From assembly GCA_942493095.1 (NCBI GenBank), contig OW818675.1, positions 150,001-182,000 of the forward strand: 32,000 bases of DNA. The letters are read 5' to 3'. The stretch's first letter is position 1; the number at the start of each line of letters is the position of its first letter. The notes under the pieces were generated by a model. It had not been told where the DNA came from, did no database searches, and saw only the letters and a list, made by a program, of their open reading frames with translations. Source of the stretch: Candidatus Electronema halotolerans. GTDB lineage: Bacteria; Desulfobacterota; Desulfobulbia; Desulfobulbales; Desulfobulbaceae. Positions 8,891-18,636 of the stretch are shown one piece after another. The position numbers and the translations under genes were made by a program.

Positions 8891-10096
8891 ATGCGTGTTG
8901 GTGTATTCGTTTCTATAGCTGATAAAACTATTGGCGGTAGCTATACTTTTCAGCATAGCATTGCTTCATCATTAGATAAAATAAAAACAAAACATGATTT
9001 TGTTATTTTTAATGCCGCAAAAAGAGACGACAACTTACAGACATCAGTTGCTCAGTATAGTCTCAAGTCATTATATGCCCATAAAAAAAATAATATTTTT
9101 GATCGTTCGTTTACAAAAAAAATATTATATTTTTTATATGAAAAAGCAAGACGTAATTTTTATAAAAAATTCTGTTTGGAAAATTACGCTATAACTGTAG
9201 CTGATGATTTCAACTTAGATATTGCATGGTATCTTTTGCCAATAGATTACCAGCTATCAATTCCATATATCATAACAGTCTGGGATTTACAACATAGAAT
9301 GCAACCTTATTTTCCAGAAGTTAGCATTAAAGGATGGACTTGGGAGGATAGAGAAAAATTTTATCGTAGAATGATTCCTAAAGCAGCATTGGTTGTAACA
9401 GGAACTAATGTTGGAAAAGAAGAAATTATTCATTTTTATGCTCCAAATCCTGCAAATGTTAGAGTAGTTCCATTTCCTACGCCAGAATATATACATAAAA
9501 ATTATTCATATTCAGATCAAGATATATTAAAAAAATTTGGATTATTACCAGGTTATTTATTTTATCCTGCTCAATTTTGGCCTCATAAGAATCATATCAA
9601 TTTATTAAAAGCTATAGCTATTTTAAGAGATCAATATAATTTGGAATTAGAAGTTGTATTTGTTGGTTCAGATGAAGGAAGCGAAGAGTATGTTCGTGCA
9701 ACAGCGAACGAATTAAAAATAAAAGCACACATACTTGGTTTTGTTCCTGTTGAAGCTATGGCTTCTCTGTATCGTCAAGCAATGGCACTTATCTTTCCAA
9801 CTTTTTTTGGTCCAGACAATCTTCCTCCTTTGGAAGCATTTGCTTTAGGCTGTCCCGTAGCGGCATCGAGAATTCCAGGAGCGGAAGAGCAGCTTGGGGA
9901 TGCAGCAATTTTATTTAATCCAGCAGATCCTCAGAAAATTGCTAATGCTGTATTCATTATAAATGAAAATAAGGAATATCGATCAGAGTTAATCAAAAGA
10001 GGCTATTTGAAAAATACAATCAATTCAATCGAATATACAGAAAATATATGTAGATTTCTTGATGAATTTGAAAATATACGATATTGCTGGAAATAG
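8891..10096 (+). CDS. Glycosyltransferase family 4 protein
   Basis: GT-B features: TVWDLQHRMQPYFPEV, FYPAQFWPHKNHINLLKAIAIL, LIFPTFFGPDNLPPLEAFALGCPVAASRIPGAEEQLGDAAILFNP. Confidence 0.93.
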   Translation: MRVGVFVSIADKTIGGSYTFQHSIASSLDKIKTKHDFVIFNAAKRDDNLQTSVAQYSLKSLYAHKKNNIFDRSFTKKILYFLYEKARRNFYKKFCLENYAITVADDFNLDIAWYLLPIDYQLSIPYIITVWDLQHRMQPYFPEVSIKGWTWEDREKFYRRMIPKAALVVTGTNVGKEEIIHFYAPNPANVRVVPFPTPEYIHKNYSYSDQDILKKFGLLPGYLFYPAQFWPHKNHINLLKAIAILRDQYNLELEVVFVGSDEGSEEYVRATANELKIKAHILGFVPVEAMASLYRQAMALIFPTFFGPDNLPPLEAFALGCPVAASRIPGAEEQLGDAAILFNPADPQKIANAVFIINENKEYRSELIKRGYLKNTINSIEYTENICRFLDEFENIRYCWK

Positions 10097-10980
10097 AGAA
10101 GATGCAAAATACAAAAGAAAAAATTACTGTAATTACTGTTGTGTTAAACGATGCCTCCAATGTAGAAAAAACTTTTTTTAGCGTTGCGAATCAATCTTAC
10201 TCTGAAATAGAGCATGTCATCATTGATGGAGGATCAGTTGATGAGACAGTTGATATAATTAAAGACTATATAAAAAAGAATCAAGAAAGGAATATCCTGT
10301 TTCTTAGTGAAAAAGATGACGGTATATATGACGCTATGAATAAGGGTATATATTTGGCTACAGGAAAATATATTGTATTTATGAACTGCGGGGATATATT
10401 TTTTGACGATACAGTGATTGAGAAGTTTGCCAGTGAACAACATCAAGATGACTTTGTGTTTGGCAATACAATATTAAGGAAACAAGATGAGAAAGAAATT
10501 ATCTGTAAAGCAGAAATAGAAAATATCTTGAAAAAAATGCCTTTTGTTCATCAGTCATGCTTTGTTAGAGCAACGTTACAAAAGCGACTTAAATTTGATA
10601 CTTCATTTAGAATCTCAGCAGATTATGATTTTCTTTTAAGAGCATATAAAAAAGGATGCACTTTTAAAAAATTAGATCGTTTTATTGCTATACATAAGAC
10701 GGATGGAATATCAAATTCTTCTGTTTTTCAAGTGTCAATAGAATCTCTGCATGCTCTGTTGAACTATGATTCTATGGCTAATATTCGAGAAACTGCATAT
10801 TTTGCAGATATTATAATTAAAGAAATTCTTGAAGTAAACAAGCCTCGCTTTTTATCAATTTTGATTCAAAACACAAGAAAATTAAAATCGATTTCTTGGA
10901 AAAGGCACCCATTGAAGAAAGCTTTGTCTCTTCTCACTTTATTACGTAGTTTTAAAAATTTTCACGAGACCTTAAGATGA
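10084..10980 (+). CDS. Glycosyltransferase family 2 protein
   Basis: ITVITVVLNDASNVEKTFFSVANQSYSEIEHVIIDGGSVDETVDIIKDY, EKDDGIYDAMNKGIYLATGKYIVFMNCGD. Confidence 0.93.
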   Translation: MLEIEKMQNTKEKITVITVVLNDASNVEKTFFSVANQSYSEIEHVIIDGGSVDETVDIIKDYIKKNQERNILFLSEKDDGIYDAMNKGIYLATGKYIVFMNCGDIFFDDTVIEKFASEQHQDDFVFGNTILRKQDEKEIICKAEIENILKKMPFVHQSCFVRATLQKRLKFDTSFRISADYDFLLRAYKKGCTFKKLDRFIAIHKTDGISNSSVFQVSIESLHALLNYDSMANIRETAYFADIIIKEILEVNKPRFLSILIQNTRKLKSISWKRHPLKKALSLLTLLRSFKNFHETLR

Positions 10981-12230
10981 ATATTCTTCACATCAACACA
11001 TTTGATAACAAAGGTGGTGCTGCAAGAGCAGCTTATAGAATACATTCTTCCTTGAAAGAAATAGGTGTTTCATCTGAGATGTTGGTAGCTAAAAAAAAAG
11101 GAGTTTATGATGATAAAAGCATAAAGGAATTTCATATACCTTTTTTGAAGAGCAAAAAGTGGCTTGCGAGTAAAATATTATCATTTCATAAAAAACAAAA
11201 TGTCAGCTACATATCCTATAATTTATTTTATTCAGGGATACATAAAATAATCAATCAGTCAAAGGCGGATATTGTACATCTTCATTGGATTGGCAACGAG
11301 ATGATAAGTATATCTGAAATACGAAGAATAAAAAAGAAGATTGTTTGGACACTGCATGATATGTGGGCTTTCTCCGGTACTGAACATTATGATGATATAA
11401 ATTATCCGGGGAGGTACCGCTTTGTATATAGCAAAGAAAATAGAGCAGATGAGTATAATGGAATTATAGATATTGATGCTTGGATATGGCGAAAAAAGAA
11501 AAAATACTGGCGTGATGTTTGTTTTAATTTTGTTACGCCAAGTAAATGGCTTGCAAAATGTTTAAGCGAAAGTTCATTGTTTTTTGGACAAGAAGCAGTT
11601 GTTATTCCAAACTGTCTCGATATTGATATATTTAAACCGGCAAAAAACAACTATGTTCAAGAAAAAGAAAATTATTACTCAAGAAAAAAATTGATATTAT
11701 TTGGAGCCGTCCGGGGAAAGGATAATGAATTAAAAGGTTTTCTTCTTTTGAAAAAAGCTCTTGTGAATATTTCATCTAATGCTTCAGTTAAAAATTTAGA
11801 ATGTATTATTTTTGGTGGAGAAAAAAAAGATGCTTTTGAAGTTATTAACGGAATAAATATAAGAGATGTTGGACAGATAAATGATGACAAAAAGTTAGCA
11901 GCTCTCTATAGCTCTGCTGATGTTTTTGTAACACCATCTTTATTGGAGGCTTTTGGGCAGACAGCATCTGAAGCGCATGCATGTGGCACACCTGTAGTAG
12001 CTTTTAATAACAGTGGATTGTCAGACATTATTGAACATAAAAAAACAGGCTATTTGGCTGAAGCATTTAGTTCAGAAGATCTGGCCGCAGGTATTGCTTG
12101 GGTGCTTGCTGATGAGGAAAGATTGATTGAATTAGGAATACAGGCTAGAAAAAAAGCTGAATTAGCTTACAATTATGAAACTGTTGGTCGGCAGTATAAA
12201 GAATTATATAATAAAGTCTTGAGTTCATAA
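10977..12230 (+). CDS. Glycosyltransferase family 4 protein
   Basis: NTFDNKGGAARAAYRIHSSL, DIVHLHWIGNEMISISEI, TLHDMWAFSGTEHY, ADVFVTPSLLEAFGQTASEAHACGTPVVAFNNSGLSDIIEHKKTGYLAEAF. ATGA overlap with upstream gene. Confidence 0.94.
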   Translation: MNILHINTFDNKGGAARAAYRIHSSLKEIGVSSEMLVAKKKGVYDDKSIKEFHIPFLKSKKWLASKILSFHKKQNVSYISYNLFYSGIHKIINQSKADIVHLHWIGNEMISISEIRRIKKKIVWTLHDMWAFSGTEHYDDINYPGRYRFVYSKENRADEYNGIIDIDAWIWRKKKKYWRDVCFNFVTPSKWLAKCLSESSLFFGQEAVVIPNCLDIDIFKPAKNNYVQEKENYYSRKKLILFGAVRGKDNELKGFLLLKKALVNISSNASVKNLECIIFGGEKKDAFEVINGINIRDVGQINDDKKLAALYSSADVFVTPSLLEAFGQTASEAHACGTPVVAFNNSGLSDIIEHKKTGYLAEAFSSEDLAAGIAWVLADEERLIELGIQARKKAELAYNYETVGRQYKELYNKVLSS

Positions 12231-12273
12231 ACTACAGCCTCAGCTTTTTTTCAGAACAATTGCTTGGGAAATT

Positions 12274-12966
12274 ATGAAGATATTGTCTGTTATTCCCGCC
12301 CGTGGCGGCTCCAAAGGGATACCAAAAAAGAATATCCAGAAACTGTGCGGCAAGCCCTTGCTTGCTTATTCTATTGAAGCGGCATTGCAGACTGAACTGG
12401 TCAATCGGGTTGCTGTTTCCACAGACGATCAAAAAATAGCTGATGTTGCATTTGAATATGGCGCAGAAATTATCCGTCGTCCCGCAGAACTGGCAGGCGA
12501 TGTTGTTTCTTCTGAAGCAGCTTTGCTTCATGTTTTGGAGACATTGCATAAAAATGAAGGGTATTATTCTGATATTTTAGTTTTTCTGCAATGCACCTCG
12601 CCTTTGATGTTGTCTGCTGATATTGACGGAACCATCCAAGCCTTGCTGGATCAGCAAGCAGACACTGCCTTTGCTGCGGCACCGTTTCATTATTTTATCT
12701 GGTCAAGAAATGCTGACGGCAGCATGATTGGTGTGAATCATGACAAGCAAAAAAGACTGATGCGGCAGCAGCGGCAGAATCAGTTTATCGAAGCAGGGGC
12801 TGTTTATGTTATGCGTGTGCCCGGATTCATGGAGTACAGACACAGATTTTTCGGCAAAACAGTGATGTATGAAATGCCTGAAGAACGATGCTTTGAAATA
12901 GATGAACCAGTTGATTTGCTGATTGCGGAAAAACTGATTGAACATCAGAGAACTGTGCAAGCATGA
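12274..12966 (+). CDS. neuA: Acylneuraminate (nonulosonic acid) cytidylyltransferase family protein
   Basis: IPARGGSKGIPKKNIQKLCGKPLLAYSIEAAL, VSTDDQKIADVA, LQCTSPLMLSADIDG; adjacent to a NeuB-type gene. Exact sugar specificity (Neu, Leg, Pse) unknown. Confidence 0.88.
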   Translation: MKILSVIPARGGSKGIPKKNIQKLCGKPLLAYSIEAALQTELVNRVAVSTDDQKIADVAFEYGAEIIRRPAELAGDVVSSEAALLHVLETLHKNEGYYSDILVFLQCTSPLMLSADIDGTIQALLDQQADTAFAAAPFHYFIWSRNADGSMIGVNHDKQKRLMRQQRQNQFIEAGAVYVMRVPGFMEYRHRFFGKTVMYEMPEERCFEIDEPVDLLIAEKLIEHQRTVQA

Positions 12967-15215
12967 TCATCGACCGCAGCATCAAAAAATATCTCATTTT
13001 TGATGAGGAGCCGATTTATCGGGCCTTTGAGAAGATCAACGCCAATCACCTGCGGATTATTTTTGTCGTTGATCAATATGGTGTCTTGGAAGGTGTTGTT
13101 ACTGATGGTGATCTGCGCCGCTGGATTCTCAATCAAAGCAAAATAGATATTCAGCAGCCTGTGTCTGCTGCTGCCAACACGGATTTCACCCATTGCCGCG
13201 AGAATGAAGCACCGGAGAAGATCGCGGAGCGATTTTCCCGCAAAGTTGAATTTGTTCCTCTTGTTGATGAGCGAATGCGCCTGACTGCGGTTGCCAGTCA
13301 GCGTAAAGTTGATTTTGCCATAGGCAATCGGATAATATCTGATGATGCGCCTATTTTTGTCATTGCAGAAATAGGCAACAATCATAACGGCGATCTTGCC
13401 TTGGCCAAGGAGCTAGTTGAGCAGGCGGTCTGGGCTGGTGCTGACTGCGTCAAGTTTCAGATGCGGGACATGGACTCCTTGTATCGCAATGCCGGAGATG
13501 CTGACGATATTAGTGAAGACCTTGGTTCGCAGTATGTGATGGACCTGCTTTCCCGTTTTCAGCTGAAGCGGGACGAGTTGGCGGCAATGTTTGATTACTG
13601 CCGTGAACGCGGCGCGATTCCGCTCTGCACGCCTTGGGATGCGGAGAGTGTTGCGTTTCTTGAACAGTACGGAGTTGCTGCCTATAAAGTTGCGTCCGCT
13701 GATCTGACCAACCATGATCTGCTGCGGCAAATTGCTGCCACTGGCAAGCCCATGCTCTGTTCAACTGGCATGTCTTCAGAACAGGAAATCAAAGCAGCGG
13801 CCAATCTGCTTCTGCGCAAGGGGGCGCAAGTTATTCTGCTTCATTGCAATTCCGCCTATCCTGCCCCGTTCAAGGACATTAATCTCCGTTACATGCGGCG
13901 GCTCCAAGAAATAAGCACCTATCCGGTCGGCTATTCCGGGCATGAGCGCGGTTGTCATATTGCTTTGGCGGCAGTCGCGCTGGGAGCCAAAGTCATTGAA
14001 AAGCATTTCACTCTTGACCGTTCGTTAGAGGGCAATGATCACAAGATCAGCCTGCTGCCGGAAGAGTTCCGCAGCATGGTTGAGGGAATCCGAGAAGTTG
14101 AAGCGGCCTTGGGCAACGGCGGCGGACGCGCTTTGTCGCAAGGAGAGCTGATCAACCGGGAATGTCTCGCCAAAAGCATTGTCATCAATCAGCCTCTGAA
14201 AAAAGGGGAGATGATCACCGCCGCAATGCTGGAGGTCAAAAGTCCGGGCAAGGGCCTGCCGCCGTACAAGAAAGACAAACTGATTGGTCAGCCTGCGCGG
14301 CGGGATTTGTCGGCAGGTGATTTTTTCTATGAAGAAGATTTGTCAGATGCCGCTGCCGCACCCCGGCGGTATCATTTTGTTCATCCTTATGGGGTTCCGG
14401 TCCGCTATCACGACCTGCATCAGATTGCCGCTGCCTGTCCCTTGGACCTGCTCGAAATTCACTTGAGCTATAAGGATTTGGACCTTGATCCACATCGTTT
14501 TTTCACACAGCCGCTGCCGCATCGGCTGGTGGTTCACAGCCCGGAGTTGTTCAGCGGCGATCATATTCTTGATCTTTGCGCCGACGATGCCGCCTACCGG
14601 CAGCATTCCATAGCCGAGCTGGGCCGGGTGATCGCAGTGACACGGGAGCTGAAGCCGTATTTTTCTACCAGCGAGCGTCCGCTGATTGTGGTCAATGTCG
14701 GCGGCTTCAGTGCTGACCGTTTTATTGCTCCAGAAGAAAAAGAGGCGAAATATGCTTTGCTGCGCGACAGTCTGGCGCAGATTGATCAAACTGGAATTGA
14801 ACTGATTCCACAGACCATGCCGCCTTTTCCGTGGCATTTTGGCGGCCAGCGCTGTCATAATCTTTTTGTGACAGTGGACGAAATACTGGCATTTTGCCGG
14901 GAAAACGGGTATAGAGTATGTCTGGATGTGTCGCATTCCAAGCTGGCCTGCAATCATTGCCGGGAATCCTTTTTTCAATTTATTGAACAGGTTGCGCCAG
15001 TGACAGCCCATCTGCATATTGCAGATGCCCGCAGCGTGGATGGCGAGGGGCTGCAAATCGGCGAGGGTGAGATTGATTTCAAGATGCTGATGCGGAACTT
15101 GGCAGAGCTGATGCCGGATATTTCTTTTATTCCAGAAGTATGGCAGGGACATAAAAATAATGGGCAGGGATTCTGGACTGCGTTAGAGCGGCTGGAAGGC
15201 TCTTTTTTGAAATAA
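12963..15215 (+). CDS. Multidomain nonulosonate synthase: N-terminal CBS domains, NeuB-type synthase, SAF domain, C-terminal sugar-isomerase/AP-endonuclease-2-like TIM barrel
   Basis: CBS: ANHLRIIFVVDQYGVLEGVVTDGDLRRWI; NeuB: PIFVIAEIGNNHNGDLALAKELVEQAVWAGADCVKFQMR, LCSTGMSSEQEI, PVGYSGHERGCHIALAAVALGAKVIEKHFTLDRSLEGNDHKISL; SAF: RECLAKSIVINQPLKKGEMI...LEVKSPGKGLPP; C-terminal TIM-like: NGYRVCLDVSHSKLACN, TAHLHIADARSVDGEGLQIGEGEIDFKMLM. ATGA overlap with the neuA-like gene. Confidence 0.9.
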   Translation: MIIDRSIKKYLIFDEEPIYRAFEKINANHLRIIFVVDQYGVLEGVVTDGDLRRWILNQSKIDIQQPVSAAANTDFTHCRENEAPEKIAERFSRKVEFVPLVDERMRLTAVASQRKVDFAIGNRIISDDAPIFVIAEIGNNHNGDLALAKELVEQAVWAGADCVKFQMRDMDSLYRNAGDADDISEDLGSQYVMDLLSRFQLKRDELAAMFDYCRERGAIPLCTPWDAESVAFLEQYGVAAYKVASADLTNHDLLRQIAATGKPMLCSTGMSSEQEIKAAANLLLRKGAQVILLHCNSAYPAPFKDINLRYMRRLQEISTYPVGYSGHERGCHIALAAVALGAKVIEKHFTLDRSLEGNDHKISLLPEEFRSMVEGIREVEAALGNGGGRALSQGELINRECLAKSIVINQPLKKGEMITAAMLEVKSPGKGLPPYKKDKLIGQPARRDLSAGDFFYEEDLSDAAAAPRRYHFVHPYGVPVRYHDLHQIAAACPLDLLEIHLSYKDLDLDPHRFFTQPLPHRLVVHSPELFSGDHILDLCADDAAYRQHSIAELGRVIAVTRELKPYFSTSERPLIVVNVGGFSADRFIAPEEKEAKYALLRDSLAQIDQTGIELIPQTMPPFPWHFGGQRCHNLFVTVDEILAFCRENGYRVCLDVSHSKLACNHCRESFFQFIEQVAPVTAHLHIADARSVDGEGLQIGEGEIDFKMLMRNLAELMPDISFIPEVWQGHKNNGQGFWTALERLEGSFLK

Positions 15216-15222
15216 CAAGAAA

Positions 15223-16926
15223 ATGGAACAACAGAAATATATTCTTGGCTTAAATTATATCGGCCATGATGCGAGCGCATCCCTGCTGCGCAATGGCGAG
15301 GTGCTTGCCTCTGTCATGGAGGAGCGTTTCTCCAGACAGAAGCATGACCGCTCTTTTCCAATGCAGGCAATTCAATACTGTCTCAAACATGCTGGCATCA
15401 GTGTGAGCGATCTTGAAGCGGTCTGCTATTACATGGAGCCGGAAGAGCATTTCAATCAGCGGGTGATTCATCATCTGGGTCGATATTATCCGCGATCTGC
15501 ACCACTTTTTTCTGACATGCTCGCCCGTGCTCTGAAAGTGAACAATGTTGAACGGGAAATTCGGGAGCGGTTGAATTATCTTGGCAAAATTTATTATGCC
15601 GATCATCATAAATCGCATATAGCAAGTGCATTTTTTCTGTCTCCGTATCAGGAGGCAGCAGTCATTTCTATTGACGGACTGGGAGAAATCACTTCAACTG
15701 CTGTTGCGGATGTCTGTGGAACAGAAATCAAGATTCTGAAACGGATCAATTTTCCTCATTCCTTGGGAATGCTTTACAACGCAGTAACCCATTATCTCGG
15801 CTTCAATGCGGTCAGCGACGCTGGAAAAGTCATGGGCTTGACTTCCTATGGTGACCGCAGCGTCTATCTTGACGAGTTTCGCCAAACAGTCTGTCTGCTG
15901 GATGACGGTGGCTATGAGCTGGACCTTGATTATTTTGAATTTCCTTTTCAGCGTGACCTGTGGGTCAGCGACAAATTTATCAAACTCTTTGGGCCGAAAC
16001 GAGAAAAGAACGGACCGCTGGAAAAAAGGCATCAGGATATTGCGGCGGCTCTTCAAGCCTGGCTGGAGGAAGTGTATATTCATCTTGCCCGTTATGCCAA
16101 ACAGGCCACTGGGCGCGAGCATCTCTGCCTCTCCGGCGGGGTGACGCTCAACAGTGTTGCCAATGGCAAGCTGCTCCAAGAAGAATTGTTCACAGATATT
16201 TTTGTGCCCCCACCAACCGGCGATGACGGCACCTCAATCGGCAGCGCGCTGCTGTACAACTATGAGGTGCTGGGCAACAGGCAACGCTGTCCTCTGCAAA
16301 ACGGTTTTCTTGGCCCTGCCTACTCAGATGAAGAGATTGCAGCTGCCTTGCAACGCTTCAATCTTGCCTATTATAAATCTGCGGATGTCTGCAAGGAAGC
16401 AGCGGCCATGCTTGCAGAGGGCAAAATCGTTGGCTGGTTTCAAGGGCGGATGGAAGCGGGGCCAAGGGCACTCGGCAACCGGAGTATTTTAGCCAATCCT
16501 GCTCTTGAGCATATTAAGGACACACTGAATGCGCGAGTAAAATTTCGGGAACCTTTCCGGCCTTTTGCACCCAGCATTCTTGCCGAGGATGTCGGTGCAT
16601 GGTTTGAATACGACCATGAGGCCCCATACATGCTTTTTGTTTTTGACGTGAAAAAGGAGAAACGCAGTCGAGTTCCCGGCATAACCCATGTGGACGGCAG
16701 CGGTCGCCTGCAAAGCGTGGACCGCGAACGCAATCCCAAGTATCATCGGCTGATCAGCGAATTCAAAAAGCTGACTGGGATTCCGATGGTCATCAACACC
16801 TCGTTTAATATCAAAGGTGAGCCTATTGTCAACACGCCGGCAGATGCAATCCGCTGCTTTCTGGGTAATGGGATGGACTGTTTGGTGCTGGGTGATTTTC
16901 TTATTAAGAAGCAATCAGAATGCTGA
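15223..16926 (+). CDS. NodU/CmcH-family carbamoyltransferase
   Basis: ILGLNYIGHDASASLLRNGEVLASVMEERFSRQKHD, SIDGLGE, LCLSGGVTLNSVANGKL, GDDGTSIGSAL, GRMEAGPRALGNRSILANP, NTSFNIKGEPIVNTPADAIRCFLGNGMDCLVLGDF. Confidence 0.95.
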   Translation: MEQQKYILGLNYIGHDASASLLRNGEVLASVMEERFSRQKHDRSFPMQAIQYCLKHAGISVSDLEAVCYYMEPEEHFNQRVIHHLGRYYPRSAPLFSDMLARALKVNNVEREIRERLNYLGKIYYADHHKSHIASAFFLSPYQEAAVISIDGLGEITSTAVADVCGTEIKILKRINFPHSLGMLYNAVTHYLGFNAVSDAGKVMGLTSYGDRSVYLDEFRQTVCLLDDGGYELDLDYFEFPFQRDLWVSDKFIKLFGPKREKNGPLEKRHQDIAAALQAWLEEVYIHLARYAKQATGREHLCLSGGVTLNSVANGKLLQEELFTDIFVPPPTGDDGTSIGSALLYNYEVLGNRQRCPLQNGFLGPAYSDEEIAAALQRFNLAYYKSADVCKEAAAMLAEGKIVGWFQGRMEAGPRALGNRSILANPALEHIKDTLNARVKFREPFRPFAPSILAEDVGAWFEYDHEAPYMLFVFDVKKEKRSRVPGITHVDGSGRLQSVDRERNPKYHRLISEFKKLTGIPMVINTSFNIKGEPIVNTPADAIRCFLGNGMDCLVLGDFLIKKQSEC

Positions 16927-16954
16927 TTGTATTAGATTATGTTAATAATATATT

Positions 16955-17881
16955 ATGGATGATTTCGAAGGAAACAAAAAGAAATTTGAAGCAGACACTC
17001 GCCAACTTTTTCATAAACTTCACAGTGCTCAAGCAGATAGTGAATATATTTTTTACCGGCTGACTTCATTGCTTTCAACAGATTATCTAAAGGTCCCAGA
17101 AAATTTTTTTCAAGGCAAGATATGTTTAGATGCAGGTTGCGGTTCAAACGCAAATGCTGTCTATGCCATGCTTCAGATGCAAGCAGAAAAAGTCTATGCC
17201 TTTGATCTTGATGCCAGTATATATGAAACAGCACCGCAAATGTTGAAGGAATTTCCTGAAAGCCGCTATGACTTGCGTACTGGCAATGTTCTCAACATAT
17301 CTTTTACTGACAGTACCTTTGACTTTGTCCATTGCGGCGGTGTCCTGCATCATTCTGCTGATGTGCTGCAAGGTCTGCGGGAACTCGGCAGGGTGACTAA
17401 GCCTGGAGGCCTTCTCTATATTCACACCTACGGAGCAGGTGGACTTGTTCGTGAAATGACCTCTTTCTTTCGAGAAAAATATAATCATGATGAAGTCTTC
17501 AAAGGGCTGATCGACAATTTGACTGCGCAAAAATTGCAGCAGGGTCTCTTTGATATTTTTTTCGCTATGGATCGGTATGGAGACTCGTTTGGAACGAATA
17601 TTCCTGTCAATATTGTCAAAGAGCTTGTTGATGATGATTTGGTGCTCACTGTCCAAGATCGTATAGCTGCTCCAGCATATCATGAACATACTGAAGAGCA
17701 GTTACGGGCCTGTTTGGAAGAAGAAGGGTTCAGTCAAATAGAGCGGCTTGCTCGCTATCCGTATTTGAAAAATATACGACGTTTTCTGAGTCCTCTTTAT
17801 TATGAATACAGCTCTGAAATAGCTAAATTCTGTTACGGAAGTGGATTAATTCAGCTAAGAGCTGTAAAAAAAGCTGCTTAG
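16955..17881 (+). CDS. Class I SAM-dependent methyltransferase
   Basis: CLDAGCGSNANAVYAMLQMQAEKVYAFDLDASIYETA, FDFVHCGGVLHHSADVLQGLRELGRVTKPGGLLYIHTYG. Confidence 0.92.
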   Translation: MDDFEGNKKKFEADTRQLFHKLHSAQADSEYIFYRLTSLLSTDYLKVPENFFQGKICLDAGCGSNANAVYAMLQMQAEKVYAFDLDASIYETAPQMLKEFPESRYDLRTGNVLNISFTDSTFDFVHCGGVLHHSADVLQGLRELGRVTKPGGLLYIHTYGAGGLVREMTSFFREKYNHDEVFKGLIDNLTAQKLQQGLFDIFFAMDRYGDSFGTNIPVNIVKELVDDDLVLTVQDRIAAPAYHEHTEEQLRACLEEEGFSQIERLARYPYLKNIRRFLSPLYYEYSSEIAKFCYGSGLIQLRAVKKAA

Positions 17882-17882
17882 A

Positions 17883-18629
17883 GTGAACAAGTCCTTGTAT
17901 TCAATCATCACTGTTTGCTTGAATAATGAACAGGGAATTGCAAGAACTTCTCAATCCATTCAAGCGCAAACATATAAAAATTTTGAATGGATTGTCATTG
18001 ATGGAAATTCTAAAGACAGCTCTGTTGCTGTTGCCAGACAGAATCCCTCGCTTACGCATCTGCTTTCTGAACCTGATGATAGCATTTATCATGCAATGAA
18101 CAAAGGAATTGCTTTAGCTCAAGGAAAATATTATCTTTTCCTCAATTCAGGAGATTGGTTATATACTGATACTGTTTTGGCAGAGGCTGCAACGCAATTG
18201 AAAGGAGATTTGGTTGCAGGCTGGTTGACGGTTATTTATCCTGACCGATTTAATAAAACGCCAAAACTCAGGCGGCTTGACCTTCAAGACGTGAGAAAGA
18301 AATTTCTCTATCACAGAACATTGCATCATCAAGCAACTTTCATCAAAAGTAACCTTTTTCAAAGGTATGGAGTATATGACCAAGGGTATAAAATATATGG
18401 TGATTGGGATTTCTTTTTAAGAGTAATTAACAAGGGAGCAAGTTTGGAGTTTGTAAAAATTTGCATTGCAAATTATACTTTTGACGGGATCAGTTCTACG
18501 CTGTTAGGAACAGAATTAAGCAGAAAAGAAATTAAAAAGATCAGGAAAAAGCATTTCTCTTTCTTCTACCGTTTAAAAAGATCAATTATTGATTCAATAG
18601 AAGCTATATTGAACAAAAGAGGTTTTTAA
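17883..18629 (+). CDS. Glycosyltransferase family 2 protein
   Basis: GTG start; YSIITVCLNNEQGIARTSQSIQAQTYKNFEWIVIDGNSKDSSVAVAR, SEPDDSIYHAMNKGIALAQGKYYLFLNSGDWLY. Confidence 0.93.
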   Translation: MNKSLYSIITVCLNNEQGIARTSQSIQAQTYKNFEWIVIDGNSKDSSVAVARQNPSLTHLLSEPDDSIYHAMNKGIALAQGKYYLFLNSGDWLYTDTVLAEAATQLKGDLVAGWLTVIYPDRFNKTPKLRRLDLQDVRKKFLYHRTLHHQATFIKSNLFQRYGVYDQGYKIYGDWDFFLRVINKGASLEFVKICIANYTFDGISSTLLGTELSRKEIKKIRKKHFSFFYRLKRSIIDSIEAILNKRGF

Positions 18630-18636
18630 TTTTACA

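Noticed and set aside
14343-15152. 269-aa minus-strand ORF, and similar antisense ORFs at 12945-13385, 15694-16179 and 16489-16914
   Set aside because: All lie opposite clearly homologous plus-strand genes (NeuB fusion, carbamoyltransferase) and show no recognisable motif of their own.
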